Notes under the pieces: model-generated
What the model was told of the DNA's origin: nothing
What the model saw: only the letters and a program-made list of their open reading frames with translations
Database searches by the model: none
Shown here: positions 56,570 to 64,000 of the stretch, piece by piece
How the letters are laid out: every line of letters begins with the position of its first letter
How positions within the stretch are numbered: position 1 is the first letter of the stretch
Made by a program: the position numbers and the translations under genes
Origin: Candidatus Omnitrophota bacterium
GTDB lineage: Bacteria; Omnitrophota; Gorgyraeia; Tantalellales; Tantalellaceae
DNA length: 64,000 nt
Direction: 5' to 3'
Assembly: GCA_043813915.1 (NCBI GenBank)
Contig: JBDRKO010000001.1
Location: forward strand, 64,835-128,834

Positions 56570-56695
56570 GGAACATCCTTCTTTGCCGAACTATTTTATA
56601 CTATTTGGCTTCGAAGGGATAGTTCCTGCGACAAAGTTCCTCCGAAGCCCAATAAGGCGAAGGAGAAAGCTTTAGCGAAACGAACATCCTCCCGA
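56570..56695. repeat. Cluster of REP-like hairpins
   Basis: GGAACATCCTTC...GAAGGGATAGTTCC, CCTCCGAAGCC...GGCGAAGGAG, GAACATCCTCCCGA. Confidence 0.5.
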
Positions 56696-56832
56696 GAGGC
56701 GCTGAGAACGTAATCCGAGATGGATCGACACCGCGCTACACCCCAACATTACATTTACAGGGGCCCCGTAATAACATTAAATAGATGTAAGGAACCCTCC
56801 GCGTTTCGACAGAGGTGTCCGTTCAGCTTAGG

Positions 56833-57216
56833 TTACATGTCTCTAACTTTGGCGGGAATAGGAACAACCTTTCCGTTTTTATCTATGAACGCGTGATCAG
56901 TATATCCTGTCGAAGTAAGATCGCCATCTCTGGTAACTTCATATTCAAAAGTTATACGCGACCTTCTCATGTTAGATATTTTAGTTTTTATGTTTACGAC
57001 GTCATCATATTTTACAGGAATACGGTAACGGCACTGCGCTTCTGCTACAGGAAGAAAAAGACCCTCTTCCTCCAGGCTCTTATAACATATGCCCGCGGCC
57101 CTAAAAAGTTCCGTCCGGGCCATCTCGAACCAGACAAGATAGTTCGAATAATAAACAACTCCCATCTGGTCCGTCTCTTTATATGTCACCCTGTGTTCTA
57201 TTGTGTATTCTTTCAT
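56833..57216 (-). CDS. YbgC/FadM-family acyl-CoA thioesterase
   Basis: RV.YKETDQMGVVYYSNYL.WFE.ARTE. Confidence 0.93.
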   Translation of the reverse strand: MKEYTIEHRVTYKETDQMGVVYYSNYLVWFEMARTELFRAAGICYKSLEEEGLFLPVAEAQCRYRIPVKYDDVVNIKTKISNMRRSRITFEYEVTRDGDLTSTGYTDHAFIDKNGKVVPIPAKVRDM

Positions 57217-57248
57217 GAGAGAACCTTATTTATGGTAAATAATATTTG

Positions 57249-57530
57249 GTGAATTGTAAACCGTAACAATCGCATAGGGCACAGGGCATAGAGCACAGTG
57301 TTGTATTGACTGATGCTCTAGACACCCTAACCCATTTCCATTACACATAACACATCACACATTACACGGCGTCTCTGTCTTCTGACTTCCGATCTCCACC
57401 TCCGTCATTGCGAGGAGGCGCCGAGAACGCAATGTTCGAGGTGTGCCGAGATCTCTGGGCGAGACCCGCAGACCGACGAAACAATCTCGTTCTTAGCTAC
57501 GAACTATGAACTACCAACTACGAACTATTT
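57249..57530. repeat. Mosaic repeat island D with an embedded GTCATTGCGAG-type palindromic element
   Basis: gcatagggcacagggcatagagcacag, gtattgactgatgc, cattaca array, tctgtcttctgact, GTCATTGCGAGG...CGAAACAATCTC (57404-57488), ctacgaa array. Confidence 0.88.
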
Positions 57531-57536
57531 TCTGCC

Positions 57537-57947
57537 TCATCCCTCGATAACCTTCACATAAACCTTGCGCCTGCGCGGACCGTCAAATTCGCATAGGTAT
57601 ATCCCCTGCCAGGTTCCCAAGAGAAGCTCGCCGTTGTCGACAGGTAAGCTGGAAGAGTTCCCGAATATAGATGCTTTTATGTGAGCGGCGGAGTTGCCTT
57701 CGGCATGATCATATCCGATATCCTCGGGGACCATATGTCCCAGGCCTTTTATGATATCTTTTCGGACATCAGGATCGGCGTTCTCGTTTATGGTGACAGC
57801 CGCGGTCGTATGAGGCGTAAATATATGGCACACCCCGCTTCTTACCCCGCTTCCGCGGACAAGAGGAGCAACGCTATCGGTTATCTCCAGTAATTGGACC
57901 TTATCGGATGACGCGACATCTATGGTGAAAACGCTTTTATTCGACAT
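57537..57947 (-). CDS. yjbQ: YjbQ/UPF0047 family protein
   Basis: HTTAAVTINENADPDV..D, H.EGNS.AHIK, LGTWQGIYLCEFDGPR. Confidence 0.95.
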   Translation of the reverse strand: MSNKSVFTIDVASSDKVQLLEITDSVAPLVRGSGVRSGVCHIFTPHTTAAVTINENADPDVRKDIIKGLGHMVPEDIGYDHAEGNSAAHIKASIFGNSSSLPVDNGELLLGTWQGIYLCEFDGPRRRKVYVKVIEG

Positions 57948-59028
57948 ATTCGCTCAGTGCGGACCTCACAGGAAGTTCAGGGATATCCTCCACCACTTCG
58001 ACCTTCCCTATCCGCCTTGGAAGAATGAGCCTGCTCGTCCCCGAGATGAATTTTTTGTCGTAAGAATACGCTTTCATCACCTCTTCTACCCCGATCTTTT
58101 GGATCTTTTCCGGCAAACCCATTTTTTTGAGAAGTTTTTTCACGCGCATAAAATCTTTTTCCTTTAACATATCGAACCTTAGAGCTATCTCGCACGCAAG
58201 GAGCATCCCTAAGGCCACCGACTCACCGTGATTATATTTCGAGGAATAATCCGCTGCCGCTTCTATGGCATGTCCTAAAGTATGCCCGAAGTTCAGATCT
58301 ATCCTGATGTCTTTCACGTCCAGTTCGTCCTTCTCGACTATAGCGGCTTTTATCCCCGCGCACTCGTAGATCACTTTCTCTATAACATTACTATCCATGG
58401 ACAATATTTTTCCCGCGTTCTTCTCGATGAAGGCGAAAAACTCTTTACTGGCAATTATCCCGTATTTAACGACCTCCGCCAGGCCGTTAGAGACCTGCCT
58501 GTGAGGCAAGGTCTTCAGAAAATCCGTGTCCATAAGCACCAGTTTCGGCTGATAAAAAGCGCCCACCAGGTTCTTTGCTTCCGGCAGGTCCACTCCCACT
58601 TTACCGCCCACGGACGAATCTACCTGCGCTAACAATGTGGTCGGAACTTGGATAAGAGGCACTCCCCTTCTATAGGTAGCCGCTACAAACCCGGCTAGGT
58701 CCCCCACGACCCCGCCTCCTATCGCCACCACAACAGGGCGATGCCTTTTTGTTCTCTTCGCTATTTTCTGGGCGGTATCACGAAAAACCTCTATCGATTT
58801 GGACCTTTCTGAGGGAGGAACGCATATACAGAAACTTCCCTCTGACATATGCTTCAATACAGGCTCAATCTTTTTCTTCGCCTTTTTCCAAACGGTATTA
58901 TCGGTTATCACCGCCACGGGACCTCTAAGCCCTAGATCCTTTATGACTTCAGGCAATAGGGAGAAAACCCCGGATCCTATGATAATGTCGTATGATCTTT
59001 CCTTTAGGTTTAGATGTATTTTCTTCAT
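57937..59028 (-). CDS. aroB: 3-dehydroquinate synthase
   Basis: GGGVVGDLAGFVAA..RG, PTTLLAQVDSSVGGK, KNLVGAF.QP, LNFGHT.GHAIE, HGE.V. Start re-called at ATG 59028. Confidence 0.98.
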   Translation of the reverse strand: MKKIHLNLKERSYDIIIGSGVFSLLPEVIKDLGLRGPVAVITDNTVWKKAKKKIEPVLKHMSEGSFCICVPPSERSKSIEVFRDTAQKIAKRTKRHRPVVVAIGGGVVGDLAGFVAATYRRGVPLIQVPTTLLAQVDSSVGGKVGVDLPEAKNLVGAFYQPKLVLMDTDFLKTLPHRQVSNGLAEVVKYGIIASKEFFAFIEKNAGKILSMDSNVIEKVIYECAGIKAAIVEKDELDVKDIRIDLNFGHTLGHAIEAAADYSSKYNHGESVALGMLLACEIALRFDMLKEKDFMRVKKLLKKMGLPEKIQKIGVEEVMKAYSYDKKFISGTSRLILPRRIGKVEVVEDIPELPVRSALSEYVE

Positions 59029-59086
59029 AGTAAGTGAAATATAGCATATAACATGCAAAAAGGCAAAAATTTAGCCAATATGGCAT

Positions 59087-59752
59087 CTATTGGTATCTCT
59101 CCAATAACGACATAGGGAAGCCTATATTTTCGATCTGTACATCTCCCGTAAACTCTCTTCCGGAGCCGCAAAAGAACCCTTTTTTAGGTAATCCAAAAGT
59201 TATAGTCTTAAAGGCCTTGATACATCCCTTTGCGGCATAACCAGTTGTGGCATCCAGCCCGGAGGGGACATCCACCGCATAGACCTTGACCTTCCCGGCG
59301 GATATCCTGCTAAATACTTTACGGCAATCTTCGGACAGCTCCCCCTTGAAACCTGTCCCAAAAACCGCGTCTATTATGATACTGAACGCTTCCTTTTCGG
59401 GTTCACTCAGGAACCCGTCTATCCCCTCTATCTCAACTCCCGCTTCCCTTGCTTTATTATAATTGTCTTCAGCCGCCCCATGCGCCATATCTCCCTCAAA
59501 GACCTTGTAAACCTTCAACAGGCCCGGCTTTGAGCTCAAAAGATATCTCGCGGCCACAAGTCCGTCACCGCCGTTATTCCCCTTACCGCATAGAACAGCT
59601 ATCCTTTCGTCCTCGGGGGAAGATGTATCCGCAAGAACGGTACGCGCAATGGACTCCCCGGCATTCTCCATAAGCGTTGATTGCGGAATACCGAATTCTT
59701 CCTGCGCCTTTTTATCTATCTCCGCCATTATCAGAGCTGAAACCGGTCTCAT
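59087..59752 (-). CDS. nnrE: NAD(P)H-hydrate epimerase (stand-alone YjeF N domain)
   Basis: LMENAG, CGKGNNGGDG, DAVFGTG, AVDVPSG, IG.P. Start re-called at ATG 59752. Confidence 0.95.
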   Translation of the reverse strand: MRPVSALIMAEIDKKAQEEFGIPQSTLMENAGESIARTVLADTSSPEDERIAVLCGKGNNGGDGLVAARYLLSSKPGLLKVYKVFEGDMAHGAAEDNYNKAREAGVEIEGIDGFLSEPEKEAFSIIIDAVFGTGFKGELSEDCRKVFSRISAGKVKVYAVDVPSGLDATTGYAAKGCIKAFKTITFGLPKKGFFCGSGREFTGDVQIENIGFPMSLLERYQ

Positions 59753-59850
59753 CTTGCCTGCCCTTTCTAAAACAATTGACCAGGCCCTTTGCGGTAACCT
59801 GGTCAATTTTAATTCCGTCCTGTCAGATCGGTCTACAAGAACTCTACATA

Positions 59851-60180
59851 TTATTTTACCTTAGCCCCGGCTTCAACATCGGATTCGGGGATCAGTACAA
59901 TTGGACCGTCCGTTCCTCCCGCGGCCAAGATCATACCGTTCGATTCTTCTCCCCTGATCACGGCCGTCTCCAGATTGTTCACTACTATGACCTTTTTGCC
60001 GATAAGCTCTTCTCTGGAATATCTTCCCCTTATGCCCGCGACTATCTGTTTCTTTTCCTCTCCCACTCGTATCTGAATTACGTACAGTCTATCCGCGTCG
60101 GGATGTTCCTTTACTTCCAGAACTTCCGCCACCCTCAGGTCTATTTCCTTAAAACTATCGAAACTTATCTTTCCGTCCAC
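59851..60180 (-). CDS. Stand-alone tRNA-binding OB-fold protein (MetRS C-terminal/Trbp111/CsaA family)
   Basis: F.EIDLRVA, HPDADRL, QIVAGI, NL....IRG.ESNGMILAA. Confidence 0.92.
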   Translation of the reverse strand: MDGKISFDSFKEIDLRVAEVLEVKEHPDADRLYVIQIRVGEEKKQIVAGIRGRYSREELIGKKVIVVNNLETAVIRGEESNGMILAAGGTDGPIVLIPESDVEAGAKVK

Positions 60181-60485
60181 TATTTCCCCGCCTCTTTCTT
60201 TCCGGATGCAGGTGCCTCTTTCTTTCCGGGTGCAGGCGCTGTTTTCTTTGCGGCATCGGGATTCGCCACGTCCGCGCCTTCTTTAGCCTCTTCCCCTTCA
60301 GCGGCGGCCTTGGTCTTTTTGACCTTGAACTTTATACGTCTTACTTTAGGGATCTTATAGATAGAGTTCTTTTCTTCGTCCCATTTTTCCTTTTCCGTTA
60401 AGTCTTTTACCTTCTCGAATCTCTTAAGGACGGAACGGAACTTTCCGCCTACTTTACTTCCTTTTAAACTCGGATGTTGCGTCAT
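60180..60485 (-). CDS. PVC-superphylum small basic signature protein (TIGR04137-like) with Ala/Lys tail
   Basis: MTQHPSLK, RSVLKRFE.V..L...KW....SIY.IPKV; SD AAGGAG. Confidence 0.85.
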   Translation of the reverse strand: MTQHPSLKGSKVGGKFRSVLKRFEKVKDLTEKEKWDEEKNSIYKIPKVRRIKFKVKKTKAAAEGEEAKEGADVANPDAAKKTAPAPGKKEAPASGKKEAGK

Positions 60486-60562
60486 TTTTTCTCCTTATCA
60501 AGTGTAACGTGTAACCCTCAGCATTCTCTTCCCGACCTGGCACCTAACCTGCCGAATGTTAG

Positions 60563-60591
60563 ATTCTAAAGGAAAACCCGTCCCGGGTCAA
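60563..60591 (-). promoter_or_regulatory. Sigma70-type promoter for the small basic protein
   Basis: Minus strand TTGACC-N17-TAGAAT. Confidence 0.6.
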
Positions 60592-60599
60592 GCACGAAT

Positions 60600-61253
60600 T
60601 TATCCGTTCATACGCTTTATATAAGAATCTTTATACTCGGAAGACAGCTCTTCCTGCGCCTTTTTGACCTCTTCAATAGACCCATACCCTTCAATAGAGA
60701 TCTGATACCAAGATCCATTCTTCGTCATTACAGCATTATAACCCTTATCTTTAAGCTTTTCTTTCTCCGCTTCGGCCGAATCGGCATTCTTAAAAGAAGC
60801 CAGCCTTAAGTCATAGGTCTTTTCTGATAAAGGCTTTATTTCAGCTTCGACAGCGGCGGGGGTGTGCGTTTCATTGTCTTCGTATGCTAGGGGAAAGTCC
60901 TCCCCGTATTCTGCGGACGATATTTCTTCCTCCACTGCTTGTCCCTCATAGGTCAATTCTTCGGGGGCTACCTTCTCCCGGATCACCGAGGCTTCACTAT
61001 AAACCTTCTCCTGCGTCCCGGGACGCGCCGGCTCTCTTTGCCTGAAGGTCTTACCCTTTTCTACTCCTACGGCATAAGAGATTATCAGGAGCATAAGGAC
61101 AGCTATGGCCGAGATGACCGTGTATTCCACCGGAACTTTTATAACGGGAAGGAATCTCTGCCTGGGGTAGTTCTTAAAACGCCGCGGGCGGACTCCCGCG
61201 TCTCCCGTGAAACTCCCGTCGAACAGATCTACTTGTATCTTTTCTTCCTTCAT
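60600..61253 (-). CDS. Bitopic SPOR-domain protein
   Basis: Basic cytoplasmic segment, TM, acidic linker, SPOR-like C-terminus (LASFKN..SA....LKDKGY, WY...GY.S). Confidence 0.85.
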   Translation of the reverse strand: MKEEKIQVDLFDGSFTGDAGVRPRRFKNYPRQRFLPVIKVPVEYTVISAIAVLMLLIISYAVGVEKGKTFRQREPARPGTQEKVYSEASVIREKVAPEELTYEGQAVEEEISSAEYGEDFPLAYEDNETHTPAAVEAEIKPLSEKTYDLRLASFKNADSAEAEKEKLKDKGYNAVMTKNGSWYQISIEGYGSIEEVKKAQEELSSEYKDSYIKRMNG

Positions 61254-61268
61254 TTATTCTTTACCTTC

Positions 61269-61937
61269 TCATTTCCCGGTCAGCATAAAAAGCGCGTTAA
61301 GAAAAGTCGGATTACCTTTATAATCAAGTACCGTAGCATACCATCCGTCCTCATCAAGAGAAAGGATGTTGTCTTTGATGCTCGGTTCCAAGGGATCCGT
61401 TATCTTAGGGGAAAAAGACATATTGATATTCAACGCTATTTCATCCTTGCCCTTGAAGTACTCATAGCTCCCGCGCACTTTCACATCTTCAGAAACAGCG
61501 TAAAGATCATATATTTTCAGCATGCGGCCGTCATAGTATAGGTTAAAGCGCACTGCATACCGCATTTCCGGATCGAACGGGAGCATCATAAGGTTCCCGG
61601 ATGATATCGAACCGTTTTTCACGGCCTTACCGAAAGATACTGTAACGCCTTTCAGAGAACAGGAAACTTCTGTCTTTTTGAAAGCGAATATTTCCTTCCA
61701 GTTCACATCTATCGACGCGGCTTCGGCGTTGACGATAATATCTTTCTTCGGAAGCTCGGCATTAACACCCTCTAAAAAAATATTCCCGCAGGAGAAACGG
61801 ATCTTTTCGTAATGCACCTTGCACCCGGCGGCTCTATCGGCAAGGAATACCGCCGCATCGCCGGCAAAGAAAAAGATCAAAGCGGCAAAAGATATCATGA
61901 CAGCGCATATCGTTAGAAATGCGGGCTTTTTCCTCAT
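61269..61937 (-). CDS. Hypothetical membrane-anchored beta-rich protein
   Basis: N-terminal TM; ATGA overlap with the HD-GYP gene; no family recognised. Confidence 0.7.
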   Translation of the reverse strand: MRKKPAFLTICAVMISFAALIFFFAGDAAVFLADRAAGCKVHYEKIRFSCGNIFLEGVNAELPKKDIIVNAEAASIDVNWKEIFAFKKTEVSCSLKGVTVSFGKAVKNGSISSGNLMMLPFDPEMRYAVRFNLYYDGRMLKIYDLYAVSEDVKVRGSYEYFKGKDEIALNINMSFSPKITDPLEPSIKDNILSLDEDGWYATVLDYKGNPTFLNALFMLTGK

Positions 61938-63433
61938 GCTACGCCGAGTTCCTTATCAAGCAGCTTTCTTACATCCTTTCTGTGAACGGCCTCGCAAAGA
62001 GCTTCCACTATCGACGGGTCGAATTGTTTTCCGGCGCCGTTCCTCAGTTCTTTTATAGCGGTATCTACGGGCCGAGCCTTGCGGTAGGGCTTCTCCGTGA
62101 TCATAACCTCAAAAACGCTTATCACCGCGAGCATCCGAGCGGCAAGCGGTATATCTTTGCCTTTAAGCCCCTTCGGATAACCTTTCCCGTCGAACCGTTC
62201 GTGATGATAAAGTATTATCGGCACTATGGGCTTTAACGGTTTGAACTTTGATAATATCTCCGCGCCGGTCATGGGATGTTTTTTTATTATGTCATATTCA
62301 CGCCCCGTTAACCCGCCCTTTTTCATGAGCACCTTTTCCGGCACACCTATCTGCCCCGCATCGTGAAGCATAGCGGCATACTGCAGCATTTGCGTCTCTC
62401 TCTCGTTCATGTTGAATTTCGGGGCGATTATACTTATGAGTTTCACGAAGGACGCCTCCGCTCTGTGGGCGCCGTGCGAACGGTTCTGCAGAAGCCCCGC
62501 GATGCATTTTATGCTGCTCAAGGTTATATCAGCCTGCTCCTTATAAAGCTGGGCGTTCTTTATTCCGATGGCGGCCTGTTCCGACAGCGTTTTCATTATT
62601 TCCTGATCCGCCTGCGTGAACTCCTTTCCCTCGAATTTATCATACAGCGTTATGACCCCGACAACATCCTCATCTATCATGGGAACCGCGAGATAGTTCT
62701 TAGAGCGCACGGGAATCCCTTTTTTGACGGCTCTGCCCGGAGCATACTTGCCTATACGTACCTTTTTTAATTTTGTCTTTTTTTCCCTGAGATCTATGGT
62801 CGCCTTCGGAAGAAGTACTTTCCTCTTCTTATCGACGAGTTTTATCGAGCACCTGTTGGCGCGTATTACCTGCATGGAAAGACGCGCTATCCTAGGGATC
62901 AGTTCGTTAATATCAAGAGTGGACGTCATAAGCCTATGGAGAGTATGCACCGTAGACAGCGCCACGGCCCTGGGCCGTATATTCTCGTTAACCTCTTCAA
63001 GCTCGAATTCTTTTCTCACCTCGCGTATGACCGCGTCGGTCAGGGCGGTAAATATACTGCCTAGGTCTTCCGGAAGCTTGTTCTTAAATCCGCACATCAG
63101 GATAAAACCGAAAATGCTCTGTCCGCTTATAAGCGGATACGCGGCCCCGTGACAGGCCTTACCGTAACAAAAAAGACGTAACGCCCTTTTATCCCGCGTG
63201 TGCTTAATTACGCTCAGCACCTTATATATTTCTCTACGCACATCCCCTTTCCCGCCGGAGGACCTTTTTAAGTGCTCCTCGAGTTTTGTCTTTTTAAGCA
63301 TGCCGTATGACATCACCGCCGACGCGGGTATGAATATCCATTCCGGTTCTTTGATATAACGGCTGAACGCCCTTATTTCTTTTCTTCCCTGCCAGTTGTT
63401 CTTCAGGGTCGTAAAAAGTCTTTCGTTTTCCAT
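61934..63433 (-). CDS. Sensor-GAF-HD-GYP domain protein (degenerate)
   Basis: GAF (LAVPM...VVGVI.L, FT.AD, EQAAIGIKNAQLY), LHDAGQIG, HHERFDGKGYP, PYRKA. Start 63433 or 63475. Confidence 0.9.
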   Translation of the reverse strand: MENERLFTTLKNNWQGRKEIRAFSRYIKEPEWIFIPASAVMSYGMLKKTKLEEHLKRSSGGKGDVRREIYKVLSVIKHTRDKRALRLFCYGKACHGAAYPLISGQSIFGFILMCGFKNKLPEDLGSIFTALTDAVIREVRKEFELEEVNENIRPRAVALSTVHTLHRLMTSTLDINELIPRIARLSMQVIRANRCSIKLVDKKRKVLLPKATIDLREKKTKLKKVRIGKYAPGRAVKKGIPVRSKNYLAVPMIDEDVVGVITLYDKFEGKEFTQADQEIMKTLSEQAAIGIKNAQLYKEQADITLSSIKCIAGLLQNRSHGAHRAEASFVKLISIIAPKFNMNERETQMLQYAAMLHDAGQIGVPEKVLMKKGGLTGREYDIIKKHPMTGAEILSKFKPLKPIVPIILYHHERFDGKGYPKGLKGKDIPLAARMLAVISVFEVMITEKPYRKARPVDTAIKELRNGAGKQFDPSIVEALCEAVHRKDVRKLLDKELGVA

Positions 63434-63471
63434 ATAAGTTTTCCCTCTTTCCCTATACAGGCTTAGTTCTC

Positions 63472-64000
63472 TCACACCCTTTCATAAGGTTCGAAGAATG
63501 TTTTGTACTGATCCAAAGCATACCTGTCGGTCATGCCTGCCATATAGTCGCATATCACCCTGAACTTGTCTTCCTTTCCGATGCGCGATGAATATTGCGG
63601 AGGCAGCTGATCCGGATTTTTAATATACTCCCCGAAGAGACTGGTAAGGAAGCGCGCGGCCTTTTTAGACATCCTGACCACACGATAATGATTGTATAGT
63701 TTTTCGTACAGGACCTTCTTTAGTCCTTCTCTTTCACGGCACATATCCCCGGAGAACGATATCAACCTTCCGCCGTCAGGCGGGATATCTTCCGTTCTGA
63801 CCGGTTTCAGTTCTTTGAGATTTGCCGAGGCATTCTCTATTACGTCAGAGACCTGTTTGTTGATAAGATATCTTACTATCTGCGCCCGCTTTATGCCGTT
63901 TTCATTGTCCAGCCGGCGGGTCCCTTCCGAGAAAGATACCGCTTCATCCCATAATGCCGCGCCCTTAAGATCTTCGCCTGACAAAAATCCGCTTTTAAGA
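63472..64000 (-). CDS. dgt: dGTP triphosphohydrolase, C-terminal part (runs off the window end)
   Basis: LY.HYRVVRM, P.QLP, RVICDYMAGMTDRYA; the frame stays open to the window edge. Confidence 0.92.
   Translation of the reverse strand, partial: LKSGFLSGEDLKGAALWDEAVSFSEGTRRLDNENGIKRAQIVRYLINKQVSDVIENASANLKELKPVRTEDIPPDGGRLISFSGDMCREREGLKKVLYEKLYNHYRVVRMSKKAARFLTSLFGEYIKNPDQLPPQYSSRIGKEDKFRVICDYMAGMTDRYALDQYKTFFEPYERV

Noticed and set aside
56527-57258. 12-bp direct repeat TGGTGAATTGTA flanking the thioesterase region
   Set aside because: Short and AT-rich, one copy is part of repeat island D, and no integrase or other sign of an insertion is present.

Overview
A 64-kb core-genome segment in which every credible gene is on the minus strand. 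The PVC-signature small basic protein (TIGR04137-like), a TIGR04073-like protein and the gene order point to the PVC superphylum, most likely Ca. Omnitrophota (inference). In transcription order (right to left): dgt (partial), GAF/HD-GYP, hypothetical, SPOR protein, small basic protein, tRNA-binding OB protein, nnrE, aroB, yjbQ, thioesterase, exeA-gspB-PilZ-TIGR04073-PilZ-Zn finger, the dcw cluster (mraZ to ftsA, with no ftsZ), proC-yggT-DUF167-mtnP-ileS-dksA-lspA-lgt-rluD, aroA, mreBCD-mrdA-rodA-radical SAM, a type IV pilus block (degenerate GGDEF, pilT, stand-alone MshEN, two pilB, pilC, two pilins, pilMNOPQ), DUF2344-rng, three minor pilins, and rplU-rpmA-obg-proB (partial). Strongest observations: (1) ftsZ is missing from the dcw cluster, and FtsA has lost its ATP motifs and about 60 residues matching the FtsZ-binding subdomain 2B, suggesting possible FtsZ-independent division. 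(2) A family of mosaic 7-9-bp tandem-repeat islands recurs in intergenic gaps with fixed polarity relative to transcription, plus a 24-bp element nested three-deep in itself. (3) The pilus appears to delegate c-di-GMP sensing to a stand-alone MshEN protein, alongside degenerate GGDEF and HD-GYP proteins and putative Cys3His zinc pilins. No rRNA, tRNA, CRISPR array or transposase gene was recognised. All family assignments are from motif recognition by eye, not database searches.
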